Source: Perkinsus olseni
Lineage: Eukaryota
DNA: 58,671 nt
Assembly: GCA_013115125.1 (NCBI GenBank)
Contig: JABANN010000164.1
Coordinates: 1-58,671, forward strand
Direction: 5' to 3'
Made by a program: the position numbers and the translations under genes. Under the pieces are notes generated by a model. That model saw only the letters and a list, made by a program, of their open reading frames with translations. It did no database searches and was not told where the DNA came from. Within the stretch, counting starts at the first letter, position 1, and every line of letters begins with the position of its first letter. Of this stretch, positions 31,736 to 44,900 are shown one piece after another.

Positions 31736-31970
31736 GGTCTATTTCGTCCGCCCATTTTGCATTCTCCTCGTGGGAGTCATATAACGCAGCTCTACCGATA
31801 GCACAAGTACAGCCACAATGGCACATCAGCAAGATAAACGCGGAGATGAAATTGAGGGGTTGGCGTGACATGCCGAATCCAGAGGACGCCGCACTCTCCG
31901 TTTTTTAGTGGACTTCACGCTGAAGAGAGACGAAGCCTCGATAGCACTGAAGTGCAGTGAACACCCATAC

Positions 31971-33310
31971 TCATTCTTCTCCCTTCAGTCTCCATCGATT
32001 AATTCGACTGCATGGGACGCATTGCTGAACGCTTAGTTTATGCTCCCTTACCTTCACTTTTCGTCTCGCTGGAAAACTCGTGTACGAATCGCACAGAGAA
32101 CGGAGTAACCGAACATCAGGCTTCATCGCTTGCGACAGTCTTAAAGACCAATACCGACATCGCCACAGGACTGCCTTGTTGAATGGTCGGCGGAACTGTC
32201 TCGACTGTGGTGATCGAGTTCGCGAGGACGCCTGTAAGCTCGGAGAAAGGGCCCTCCAGCACGAGACCATCTCCAGAAGGGGCCCTTCTCAGCAAGCCGT
32301 GGGTGACAGTGTCGCTGAGAAAAAAGGTGATGAAGCGTTGAGCGGAGTGGTCAAAGACTCACTGCCACCACGTTCAGTCCTCGCATTTGAGCTCGGCAAC
32401 CCTGAGGGCCTTCGAATTCGTGTCGAGAAAGGAGGTCAGCGAGTCCGCCCACTTGAAATTCGGCAGACAGGGTCATACCGCTCCAAGCCATCTTCATAGT
32501 GCCCCATCTCTAGCACTCCAATTTCATAGGACTGAGCAGTGCGACTGATCAACGCCTTCACCATCTAGCGGCCCTAGACAGGCCGCAGTAGCAGCAGGAG
32601 CGCCGAGCCAGAGACTCACAGCAAGTCTCGTCACGGAATAGGTGGTATTAATGCTGGGAGTCTGTGAGTCAGGACTAAGCTGCTCGGTCCGAAGCCACAA
32701 GATCAAGCACCATGCTGGCTGCATGGCCTGAACTAAGGACCTATTGGTACCCCATCGACTTCCGGGAGAGGGAAGAATGCACCTAAGACGACGTGTGGCT
32801 CTCATAGACTTGACCTACTGCAGAGTAGTTATTATATTTCCTCAACCCACCTGCGCATCCACCAAAAGCACGGTATTCAGTGCGAGGTACGACGAGCAGA
32901 GATATCCGAATAAGGGAGCTTCATCTTCTAAGCAGCGAATTCGCGAATGTCCCTGACCATACTCCGACAGCTGTCCTCCGCCACGGATTCACTCACATAC
33001 CGGTAGAAGCCGGTCGAGGGGCGTTGTGACTCTCTCAGGGGCATGAAACACGTTGTAATAGATATCATCGACGCCCACCAACTGTATGGTGCCGTAATCA
33101 AAGTCGCTGAGGACAAGGAGAGGCTCTCCAACCAGAATCGGCAGCATACCTTACTGTATCCAATTGAATCTACCGCATTGCAGTTCAGTAGTTTTCACGC
33201 CATTCTTCCCTCGCTTCTCCACATAGAAGGTGAGGCTGCCCCGGGGATGGCTCACTCGGCATGCGCGGACTGCATTCACTCCCCGGGTAGCATCAATCTG
33301 TGCTGCCACA
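31971..33310 (-). pseudogene. Pseudogenised copy 2 of the hypothetical family
   Basis: Near-identical DNA to 28401-28598. A 5-nt deletion at about 33000 (CCG[GAGCG]GTATGTG) gives an in-frame TGA, there is a GAG>TAG change at 32928-32930, and further frameshifts follow downstream. Confidence 0.8.
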
Positions 33311-33666
33311 TAGGTAAGCAAGGACTGACGCCCCACCTTGAGCGTAGAGGCGGGTTTAACGCGAGCCTGGCGCGAGACACCTCGCTTCTCCTCGAGGCCA
33401 AACCCCCACTCCTCTGTTGAATGAGGACTCTCTCCTATCGTACTCTTCTCAAGCCTAGTAGACTGGAAAGTTCCATCACGTGGCGAAGAGGCAGTGGCCT
33501 CAGAGAAACGAGGAACTGGAGGAGAGTGCTGAATCCAATGGTGACGCATCCAATAGACATCGGTAACAGGAGGAGAAAGCCTCAGGTGGGGATGTTGCAC
33601 TCTCCTTGCAGGAGTTTGTTTCCTCGCATTCTGTTTGCGCAAGGGAGCTTCACCCCCGTTATGTAA

Positions 33667-34148
33667 AACGCTAGTGTTTAACGCATAACGCATAACACAA
33701 CGCGTTATGGCCTGAAATATCACATATAACGCGTGAAACCCGAAATGTGTTATCCACACTCGATGTAAAACGCGTGATCATCACCCCTCCACTGGTGTTA
33801 TGCCCATGACTTTCAATTTTCTCCCAGCAAAAACTCGCCATTGCGACGACAGACACTCTCCCTGACCATCAACTCAACACCATGGGTGTTCAAATACTTT
33901 ATCTACGCATACGATGATTATTATATACCCAAGCCTATACCGGTTTGCTGGGCATAAAGGAAGTCAAGGTTTACAACAATACGACAGGCACAGACCCCCC
34001 TAGTCTACGAACATGAGACCGACAGGGATAACGTTATATCGCATTAAAATCGCCACATTTTTACACGTGTAGTGAGAAACGCGTACTACGTGTTATAACG
34101 CGTTCTGACTTGAGTGCTAAACGCGTTATTGCATTTAACACCAGCGTT
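33667..34148. mobile_element. Putative degenerate MITE-like element (AT-rich, ACGCGT-rich ends)
   Basis: Imperfect inverted ends AACGCTAGTGTTTAACGCA-TAACGC vs AACGCTGGTGTTAAATGCAATAACGC (reverse complement); six ACGCGT motifs clustered near both ends; no TSD found. Confidence 0.4.
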
Positions 34149-34747
34149 GTCACGCGAAGTGATATGACTACATAACATATCGCGTTTTTCGTGTGTAACA
34201 CTTCGCTTAAAACTGTTTCACGTGTTGAACAGGTGAACCTCCACTGCAGGACTCGAGCTCACTTGAGAATCAACTTCCACGGTGAGTGCGTACCATACCG
34301 GTTGCTGTGTAGCTTTCACCAACTTAATGCAACAGCAGCATAGAAGATGGCGTTCGAACGAATACCGAAAATCGTGCCGTAGAGAGCGACGTTGTTCGCG
34401 CATTGGGGACGCACTCACAAGAGCCCCGCAACGATGGGGCTGCTGGAGTACAAGAGCCTGCTCTTCAGATTACTGGGCGAGTGTACTATATTGACAAAGA
34501 AGCCTCGTCGGCCTCAGAAACTTCAAGCAGGAGAAGTCTGAACGCAACAGCAGCTCGGAACAACTACACCAAGGCACATCGACACAACAATAAGACCATG
34601 TGTTGGCATGGGAGGGCGTACCGAGACCATGCTGCGTTAGCTCAGATCATGCCGTGCTGCTAGAGGAACCTACGAGCAGGTCAACGCGGAGTCAGCGAAA
34701 GAAATCTTTGAAGCCTGGCCGAGAGTGAGAGCATGATTACTCGTTCT

Positions 34748-36464
34748 CTAGTACACCTCTCCTTCCACCGTCCAATGATTGATGAGACCGGCTACGATCT
34801 CCTGCACACGAGCAGGCAGAGGCCGTGGAATTGGCAAGCTCATGTTGTGTCCGCTCACCTCGACGTTGGGATCTCGGGAAAACTTTCTGTATGTATCGCA
34901 TAAGCCGTCGATAATCGACTCGTAGCCCATCGCAACCGACAGACGCTGAAGGTTCACCGTGGCATCACCGCAGAACTGTCTCGTCATGATTGGAACCGTC
35001 TCTAGCGTAGACGAGGCGATAACATTTGAGATTCTGGAGAGGGGGTCCTCCAGGATGAGGCGAATGCCAGTAAGGGTCTCTCTTATCAAGTCACGGTTGA
35101 CGGGGTCGCTGAAAAGTGACCCACTTTAAGTGGGTCTTAGAGGGCCGCCGTGATGATAAACGACTTACTGCCACCACTTCTCGGCACCGCACTTCAGTTC
35201 GACAGTTTCCAAATTTTTCGTTTCCGTGTTGTAAGCGAATGTCAGAGACTTTCCTCCTTTCGTCGCTCGGCAAACGGGGATGACTCGCTCCATTCCCATC
35301 CGGGTGTAGGCCATCTCCACCATCTTGATATCCACACCCTGACAAGTTCATACAGTCAAGGCCTCAGTCATTCACCGGGGCTGGGCTGCTGCCTTCTTCA
35401 ATTCACTATGAAAGGTTGTCGGCAGACGATTGTGGAAGGTCTGCCATTGCCTATTGCGAAAGTGCCGAGATACTGTCTTACGTCCATAGCCGCTACGGGA
35501 AGAGGGACATCTCTGCTGGAGACCACTCCGCGCCTTAGAATGAAGCTGCGCCGTCCGTAGCCGTGTGAGCCAGGGCCGCCGCAGGATCTTGGAATCCACG
35601 ACTGGCGGTCGAGCTTCCACAAGCAGGAGTGATGAACCTTACACAAATCATATTGTATGAGGGTTTGGGGGTCGTAGAAGAGAGAATGATATTTCCTAAA
35701 TCACCTGCGGGTCTAGTAGTAGTTGGTCAGTGAGCAGATAGTAGGAGGAGCAAAGGTGGTCGAATAATGGCGTGTTCCGCTGTTGTGAAGCTAGTGCTCG
35801 CATGTCAGAGACCATCTTCCGACAGGAATCTTCGGTCACGGAGCCACCCTTGAATCGATCAGGCAGGATCTCAGCCAGAGGGCTCTGGATATTTCCCTTG
35901 TCGTGAACCACATCGTAGTAGATGCCATCGATGGCCATCATCCGTATGCCACCGTCGAACATATCACTGATAGGGGACGACGAGGGCCAGGAGCAATCAT
36001 AATAGATGCCTTACTGTAGCCAGTTGTAGTTGTCGCATTGGAATTCTGTAGTGCTGACCTCCTTCGTCCACTTATCCACAGAGAATTTGATGCTGCTGCT
36101 GCTGCTGCCCCCATAAGTTGCTTGACAGACGCTTATGTTACGCACTCCTCGGGTATCACCAGTCTGTGCAACTTTTACGACCGATATATCGATATCCTGA
36201 ACACGTTGATACGAAGGAGAGTCCGATTAGCACCGCAAGGAGCCATCTGGATCGTGAGAGCAGCGTTACACATTTCATCCACCGACTGCCGTAGATTTTC
36301 AGCCACCAGCTCACCCTCTCTTCGCCCGCAGTCAGGGGAGTATAACGACTCATGCGACTTCTTGGTCGAGATGGCGCGGCCGAATTTGAGAGCCTGCCTA
36401 GCGCGGACCCAGCCGTCGAATGTATCAGGGAGTCGAGCAGCAAAACACGGGAAATGGTCCTCAT
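34748..36464 (-). CDS. Lineage-specific hypothetical protein family, copy 3 (diverged)
   Basis: IDGIYYDVVHD..VTEDSCRKMVSDM..LFDHLCSSY..LLLDPQ and ILEDPL..RQFCGDATVNLQRLSVAMG align by eye to copy 1; N-terminus MRTISRVLLLDSLIHSTAG is signal-peptide-like. Confidence 0.7.
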
Positions 36465-37972
36465 AGTGTAGCAACCTTACACAACCTGGGGGTAGACGCG
36501 AGTTAACCCCCAAAAGCAGACAGACGTCTACGCCATCGACGTTGCGCCTCGATGGAGGGGAGATCGAAGACTCCTACGCCATCGAGGCAGTCACTCTCAC
36601 CCGAGGAAACGGTGTCGTAGCATCAGCGTGGTGGAAAGCAGCGAGCACTCGATCAGCCGCCGAAGAGCTCGCCGCGCTGGAGCGATGGAGTTCGAGCGGT
36701 TCGATCGGATCGACGAGTCAGCGGGTGGTTCCATGACTCGCTCCTCGTCCTTGCTACTCTCACACGTCGCCTGGCCTGGCGTCGAGATTGAGAGGTACCT
36801 CCACCCTGGACGTCAAACTATCAAAATAGGGCCGGGATGTGTCGGCGTCTGTCCTGGAGGCTCCAGGGCTCCAGCTGTAGCACGCATAGCATAGGCATAA
36901 CCCCGTCCCTACTTTGAAAGCATGAGCTCCGATCATCTTCCAGTTCGATGGAACGTGAAGAGTCTCACGAAGAGGTCTTTAGGACTTCGTCGATGTACTC
37001 GTGGTGACCACAATAGCTTCGAACTGAGACGACTCGTCTCAGACGGGCATGTCACCTAGCGGATACTTATGGTATGCTTACCATAGGTGATCATAACATG
37101 ATCACAATTTCAAAGGTCGTTTGCTCAGATGAGGACGTTCTCGCTGAAACCTGTAGACTCGAGTAAACTCAATCGTTGAACAGCAGGAGCCACGCCTTCA
37201 TCTTTGCACCCATAAACGGCGAGGCAAGGCCTCTCAACAGGGGGAGTCGTTAGATCTTTACTGCTTGATCAGTCGAGCGTCGACGCCTACAGTCTTCATG
37301 CCAGCCGCAGGAAATCGTCGACTATGAGGAAATGAAGCCCCCAGTCTGCTCTGGAAAGATTCATATACCTGACTCTCCTCAGCAGACCCGAGTGCCGACC
37401 TGGCAATTGGGTTCCCAAGCCACAGCGAGTCGTTTCGCGTACATTTTTGATGGCGCATTTGCCTTTACCCCAGAGCCATCATCGTCGTTACTAGGACCAT
37501 GCCAATTAAAAGTTTTACAACAAAAGTGTCATGGAAGGTGGGAAACTGACCATTCCCACAACGAAGGACGTTCTCAAATATCCGCTCATATCCACTGTAC
37601 CTCAACTACCCCGTTGCACTCAGCATTGCGAGGGCACGCATCTCCTCCTGAGACAATGGACGACTGCGATGCTCGATAGCCTGTCCCGTCCACAGCCTTA
37701 CGAAGCAAACCTGATCTCCTTTCTGCAAGTCGTCTTGATAGGAGGTGAGGGTGATTCCAGCCAGGTGCCCCGAACCGTGGACTAGCCGTAACCCCTGGCC
37801 AGCCGACGGAGTCCCATCAGATGTCTGAAAAACAATGGAAAGGGTCGACTAACCACAACACTCCTCACACAGGAGCTACGACTACCGTATAGTTCCTTCG
37901 AGGACTCCTGCTCCGACTTCGCGATCGGCCAGAGAACTGAGGAAAATAGAATAGGGAGAGCCTTGAGACCTT

Positions 37973-39231
37973 TCATGGTACCGCTCCTTGCAGCCGAGCT
38001 GCTGCTGTCGCTGCCGCCGCCGCCGCTGCTGCCGCTGCCTGAGGTACTTCACTTCATCGCCACCGAACCGAGGTCGTCGACTCACCGCGCTGCTCGCTTG
38101 GTTGCCGAACTGTTTAGAAGGGTCATCCTGGTTGGGAGGGGATGACGATGGCGGCGGCATGCCCAGAGGAGCAGGGAAACTCATAGGTGCTGCCGCTGCA
38201 ACCACGCCAGGTGCCGCTGTACTGGCGGGTTGGGAAGGGAACCCTGGGAAGGGTGGCGGGGTCGGTACGCCCATGGGCGGCTGCGGCAAGCCAGCGGGTT
38301 GCTGCTGTGATGTCACTGGCTGGTTAGTCGATGAGCACGTCGGCTGTCCTCCATGTGCCATGAAGAATGGCGGCATCGGTGGAGTTGGCGGCGCCCCCAG
38401 ACCAGGCATACCACCAGGGGGAGGCGTTTGCCCTCGAGGGCCAGCACCTGCACAGCCGAGGGCGTTCAGCCGAATAGAGAAGGTCGAGGAAGTCACCTGG
38501 CATTGGTGGTGGGGTGCCCATCAGGAGTTGAGTCGGCGGGGGCGGATGCATGAACATACCAGGCATGAAGGGCAGTCCACCAGCTGGGCGTGGTGGCGGT
38601 GGCGGCCTGGGACGACGACAGCGGAGCGATGCACAGTTTAAGTGGTCGCGTGTCGGCCTCTCCTCACAAGGCATCGTGCTTTTGCTCCATATGCTTTCTC
38701 ATATAGAAGTTCTCCATATCAGAGCCCTTCGCCTTGTCCAGTATCATCCCCATTGGGACGTTCTGATGCGATAATTCCGACCACTGCTGCTGATGTGGCC
38801 ACTATGCTTACTTCCATGCCTCGAATTTGCAAGTCCGGATTCTCCCTCCCCTTGATCGCACCGGGTACCCTGAGGAGAGCGGTGATACTACAAACCATGA
38901 CTGAGCCTTCACCCACTTATTCAGCGTTTCTCGATGCACTTGGAGCATATGGGCCACCAGACCGCTGGCTGAAAGAGGATAAGCACAAAATACTGATATA
39001 CGGCCAATCCTTCTCGCCAATCCTACCAGTATCGAGCTTCCGCTGGCAAGTCGAGCACTTGAAATGCTTTATCTTCTGGTGCTGGATAAGGACCTTGGGG
39101 ATAAACGTTCGGGGTAGCGGGGCAAGATTTCTTCCAACTACCTTCTCGTCATCGAAGTCCCTCTCACAATAGTAACAGAACGGGCGGAATATCTTGGACC
39201 CGCCTTCCGAGTGCTTGTTCTTGCGTCCCAT
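37973..39231 (-). CDS. ZNF207: ZNF207/BuGZ/SUF4-family zinc-finger protein with Pro/Gly/Met-rich C-terminus
   Basis: MGRKNK..RPFCYYCERDFDDEKVLIQHQKIKHFKCSTCQRKLDTASGLVAHMLQVHRETLNKVPGAIKGRENPDLQIRGMEG matches the ZNF207 N-terminus. Stop position inferred from a cctcag acceptor. Confidence 0.92.
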
Positions 39232-39357
39232 CACAGCAGGCTTGCTTGGAGATGGCGACGGACGCCAAAAGACCAATAAGACGCAAACGCTACTTGAACC
39301 CCCGGCTGCCATTCCCGCACAGGTTCTATCCCAACGAAAGGCACATAGAAGTATATT

Positions 39358-40375
39358 TCAACGAGATCGAAGTCTGTACAACAGCAGGCACAGGAGCGAT
39401 GCATTTGCAATGAGAGAAACTCCGAGAGCACACTTCGAGCTGCGATCCCTCGACCAGCTGTTTGGGATAGGGTCACCCGTATAACCTGTAAGTACTGCAG
39501 CTGCTATGTCACGAGGCTCAGCCATCGCCCCCAGGCCGGTGTCACCGCATACAAGGGTTTTAGATATGGGCATTATTAGACGGAACCCCATTGTCGACAC
39601 ACAGACCTGATATGAGTTACGAAAGGAGTGGTATGACTTTCACAGCATGCACGAACGAGTGTTCGACAAAATGTCCCAATATTCGCAGTATTTGATTGAC
39701 ACCGAGACAGCGGCGGCGCCACTCTACTACCTTGAGGTGCTCTCTCGTGAAGGGATTGTCCCACATCATAGTGTTCATGGCTGGACACAGGTACACCGGA
39801 CACTTCCGCAACCCTTCCGAGCTCAAATCAAGGCACCTACTCGGCCGCGCTGTGACTCGAATCCTCTCATTCCGTACCAAATTACCGCACAACGCTGGTC
39901 AGAAGGTTGTCCGCGATACCGTTGGCGATCTTGGCGAGGGTATTAGCAGACAAAGGGGCGATCAACGCCACGTCAGCCCAGCGGCGTAGCTCAATATGCG
40001 TTACTGGATCCCCCCGACCTGACGTCGACGATCGCCGACAACCGCCAAGTACCTCCCCTTCTACCCTGCCAAGCGTCCCACTCCTTGGCATCAGTATAGA
40101 CCTCCGCATCAGATGTCTTGCTGTCCAAATACATAAAGTGGAGGGCTCGATCGGAGGCCACTACTTTGATATTGACCTGGCGAGAAGGGCCAATCCTAGC
40201 AAGACTCCCGTATCATCCCGACTTGCAAATTCACCGCAGCTCCTTGCTCGGTCAGTTCCTGGATGAGAGACACCCATTTAATAGTAGCCACCGACCCTGT
40301 CAGACACAGGAGGACATTCAGCGGCTTCAAGGGACCGCTGCCGGGACGCTCACGATCGGGTGAGAGGTCGGACAT
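39358..40375 (-). CDS. PPCDC: Phosphopantothenoylcysteine decarboxylase (HAL3/CoaC flavoprotein)
   Basis: [63 protein letters not shown] and [19 protein letters not shown], which includes the catalytic His and Cys motifs. Confidence 0.93.
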
Positions 40376-40717
40376 GTATAAAGCATAGTATAGCTGTGCG
40401 TGAAGGAGAGTACCACGCCCTCGACCCCAAGCATTGGAGAGGATAGAACACAAGACCAGCAGTGTAGGTAGTGGAAAGTATGGTCATGATAAACTAGTAG
40501 GCGATTGGTCAGCAGTCTGTCAAGGACGCCAAAATCTGCATTTTCATGACGGCCCTTCATTCGCTGCTGCATAGTACCTAACGAGGCAAACGGCCGATCT
40601 GAGCGAGCCACGGCTTTGCTCAAGGAGAGTGATGGTGTTACCGGGGATAGAACTCGCGACCATCCCGATGATGCTCACATCAAGCGTTGAGGAGCTCCCA
40701 CCTCCCCTCTACTTCCG

Positions 40718-41708
40718 TCAGCCTCCAGTCTTCTCAAATTTGCCTGCAGCACCCTTTGCTCGACACCATCACTTTCACGAGTACTACTCATATCAGTCAC
40801 TTCGGCTGGTGTACCGAAGACCTCGATGCTATTGATTCGTGTAATATCCGATCCGAAATTATCCTCCACAAAAATTTGCAATCTTTTAACATTCTGAAAC
40901 TTCGCTATCCTCAGCTGGAAAGCTTGGGCTGATTGTGAAGGGTCTTCCAACTGAAGGACCTGAGAACTTCCTTCCAGCCACCAATAGTGGTCTTCCCCTT
41001 TGCCGGCGCGCTCAGGAACCGCAGGGTAAAATGCCTCTCCAAGAACAGCCTTGGTTCTCTGCGGCCTGTTTACCACTGGTACGGTTCCGTCTCCAACCGA
41101 ACGCTATTCGCTTCGCTACAGGGACCAAACGTCTTAACCCTGCTCCCGTATGACCTGGACGGGCTCGTCTCTCTCTGCCTCCTGAAAGCCCATCGACAGC
41201 CCATTAGTGAACAGCTTCATCACAGTCGGGCATGTCTCGTCTGACGGGCAGTTTACCTACGACGTAGGGTTGCATAAAGCGGTCCTTATGTAACTTCCCT
41301 TCAACCTTCATGGCCCTCAGCTTTACTGCCTGCCGAAACTCAATCCGTATCAACAGTTGATGGTCTACTGACGGGTCCGACTGTAGGAACCTGCCAGACG
41401 CGAGGCTGCCTCCCTGAGAGCTGCCATGCTCAGGAAGAAGGGCGAACTTTTCGATTTTTTTCGAACACGTTATCAACGGGCTGGTAGGATAAAGTCGCTC
41501 AAGCCATTCCGACAAGGGATCATCGTGTAGTGATGGGACTGCGAAGGTGATAACGACCGTCGAGGCACTACAGGGAAGGGTTGGGTTGAAGGATGTTTTT
41601 CACAGGATGCTTCGGGTCCTCGTTAAGGCACTCGAGTGAGGTCGAATCGATGAGGCTGTTGAGGCTGAGCATGCCAACAAACGGCTCTACAGACTGAACA
41701 GATCTCAT
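40718..41708 (-). CDS. PITH-domain protein (TXNL1 C-terminal / PITHD1-like)
   Basis: SLNSLIDSTSLECLNEDPKHP, LQSDPSVDHQLLIRIEFRQAVKLRAMKVEG, CPTVMKLFTN and LRIAKFQNVKRLQIFVEDNFGSDITRINSIEVFGTP. No thioredoxin domain seen. Confidence 0.85.
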
Positions 41709-41974
41709 CAGAGATGCAGTTCACTGGCAGATCCCACAATATTTCAAATTATACGAGTCGCCTACGTCAATCTCGCTACGCCATGTTGATATTTTCTGTC
41801 AACTTGGGCTTCCCTATTAGGTCGGCTATACCCAAGCTAGATGGACCGGTGTTGTCGGTCTCACAATGCACTCATGATTCGCGCATCATCGCTGATGATT
41901 GAATGATGACCCTTTGCAGGTTTATTTGACGCCGTTGATACCCCTTCAAAATTCATTCCTAAAAGGGAAAATAG

Positions 41975-44900
41975 ATGGATTTCGAAACCTCCTTCATCCT
42001 AGGCTACGTCCTGGGGATACTTGTCCTTGCATGCGTCTCCATCGGGTTCGCCATCTACCGTACCATCTATTGCGAGAATCTGGTTAAACACAGAACTTGC
42101 GATAAGAAGCGAGCCGCCCAACCTCTGGGTGCCCGTCGTCTCACCTTCCACTCGACCGGAGAAGACAAAGAGAAGCTACTGCTTCAGTCTGGGTTCAACA
42201 GGTCTCTCCTAGGTGAGAGTATCCTGATCGGTTGGTTTGCCTTGATGGTAGCGGCCTTCATAGCGATGGCTGTACTGGCGACCGTCAGCTACTACTACGC
42301 CCTCTACACTTCTTGGGGTACCGATTGGAATGGTATCATGGGACCTTATATTGTGGTCTTTGCCATCTTCCACGTCATTGTTGCATTCATGATTCAGTTC
42401 TATGACGCTATTAGGACCAAGTTTATGCTGCCCGAGGTGGACCTAGGCCGAGCCACTCACGTATTGATTGAGGAGGAGGTCCCAGAGATGGACGACTCCG
42501 ATATGGTAGACCCAGGCATGGCAAAGGAGGAGCGAACTCCAAAATTATTCAAGAATCTTCTCAAAGCTTGGCGTGGTTTTGTCCTGCGGTATAAGCAGGC
42601 TTCGCGCAAGACGCTGGTAAAGATTGAGAATGAGGATGGCGATAGGACCATCGAATACACGTGCGTTCGCTACCACTACGATGGGGGTTCTGATCGATTC
42701 AGGCCAGTCGGTTGTGATGAGGATGTATCTGTCGCCGACACCGTCAATCTCCTCAATGCTGGGGGTCTGACTGAGCCTCAGGGCGAGTCCATCAGGCGGG
42801 TTGTTGGTACCAACGAGATTCGCGTCAGGGTCCCCGGCATTATAGAAAGTCTGATCACCGAATTCAGTAGCCTGTTTTACGTGGTCCAGAGTATGGGCTC
42901 ATGGACCTACCTCGGCTACAGTGGATGGAACGTTGGTCTGGTGTGGTTGCTAATGATGATAGTCACTGGTTGCGTCAAGGCCCTTTTCATAGTGCGCCGA
43001 GGGCAGAAGAAAATCTCCAAGTTGGCTCAGCACAGTGCCGACGTAAAGGTACTGCGTAACTCTTCTTGGGTGGTGGTAGACTCTAAGGAGGTGGTCCTTG
43101 GCGATATCATAATGATCGAAGAGCAAGAGCATCTACCGTGTGATGGGTATATCGTGGACGGGACGGTGGTGGCCAACGAGTCCATGCTCACTGGTGAGCC
43201 TTTGCCCGTCCAGAAGGTTGCTGTGGAGAAGTACGACGGAGCGAAGTTTACGGCTAAGAACATGGTGTATGCGGGTAATAGTTCGGCTTGTCGTTGATAT
43301 CTTAGTTTCGGAAGGTTCGAGGTCGCTTAGATAGAATGGAGCGTGAAGTCATGCCGTGAATCAATCACTGCTGCTCGGTGTTGCTCGGTCGCTGTATTCA
43401 TAGTGTATTGATCAGGCACTCTCTGTATGCAGTCCACAGGACCGCATCTCGGCCATGCAGTGATGGTCGTCACGGCTATCGGTGGCCTAACGACCAAGGG
43501 CCAATTAGTCAGGATGGTCATGTTCCCCCAGTCTGTGAGGTAAGATTCTCCTTGGTCGGTTGCTTTTTCATAAGCCTCGTCGTTCAGGTTCAAGTATCAC
43601 GATCAGCTGCCAATCGTCTATGGCATCATGTTTGCCTACGCCATACTCCTGTCGGTCCTCTACTTTGTCCTCACCGATATGGGCGACTGGATCGTCACCG
43701 TCCTGCAGGTGTTGGTGTCAGTGCTGCAGTCATTGAACCCCATGTTACCAGTAGCAATGGTAATGGGCCAAACAGTGGCGGCCAAACGTCTACGTAATCA
43801 TCATAAAATATTTTGCCTTCAACCGGAGAGGATACCGGTAGCCGGTAAAATATCCGTTATGGTGTTTGATAAGACCGGTACCATCACTAAGGATGGTATG
43901 GAACTCTCGGGTGCTGTACCGGTGGAGGACGGCACCTTCAGCACCCGCATAGACCTCAGTAGAACCTCTGAGGGCGACAAGCTCTGCGGTTGTATGTCGG
44001 TCAGTGATAAGGTTGCCAAATCACCACTCCTACTTCAGTACGGCTTGGCAGCATGCCATACGGTAACCTCCATGAGGAGTGGCCGACTGGTTGGTAATCA
44101 GGTAGAGGTTGCCATGGTCGAGGCATCCGGTTGGGCTCTTCCCGAAGTCGGCAGTGCCGAGATGCTGTTGACGTCGCCCGATGGTTCATCCCAGCTTCGA
44201 GTAGTCCGTCAGCTTGAGTTCGAGCACACTCGCATGACCAGTGGATGCGTCGTTAAAGACGAGGAAGGGCGTCTTATCGTTATCATTAAGGGTTCCTATG
44301 AGAGGGTCCAGGCGGGATGCAAGGCTAGTGCGGTTCCTCAGGATTATGTGGAGGTCTGTGAAGGTCTGTCGTCTGGCAACTTCTATGTTCTCGGTATGGG
44401 ATATAAGTTGCTCGATGCTGGGCTGGATGACGGTGCTGTTCTGAAGATGACAAGAGATGAACTCGAAAGAGGGTTATCGCTCGTTGGTCTGTTACTGTTC
44501 AAGAATGAGGTTAAGCCTGACAGTGCCTTGGCTATTAATATGTTACGGGAAGGGGATGTTCGTAGTGTAGTGTGTACCGGTGATAATCCTTTAACTGCTA
44601 TTGGTATATCCAAGGAGGTTGGTATAATAGATACTACTAGACCTGTACTACTCGGTGATGTAGACCAACAACAACGACTTGTATGGTCGGACCCCGACCA
44701 GTCCAGTCTACAGGACATCATACCAATAAAAGGTGTTCATCAGTTGGTAGTGACCCGTAGGGCATGGAGGTATCTTTATCATGAAGAACCTGATAAGTTG
44801 GAGAAGTATTGGTATGATATATTAGTGTATGCTCGGATGAAACCGTCGGATAAAGTAACGGTTGTAAAATGGTATCAATCACGTAAATTGGTGGTTGGTA

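Noticed and set aside
36527-36590. Duplicated CTACGCCATCGA with an inverted CCTCGATGG
   Set aside because: Too short to assign any function or element.
37988-38641. 217-aa Gly/Cys-rich plus-strand ORF
   Set aside because: Antisense of the Pro-rich ZNF207 exons.
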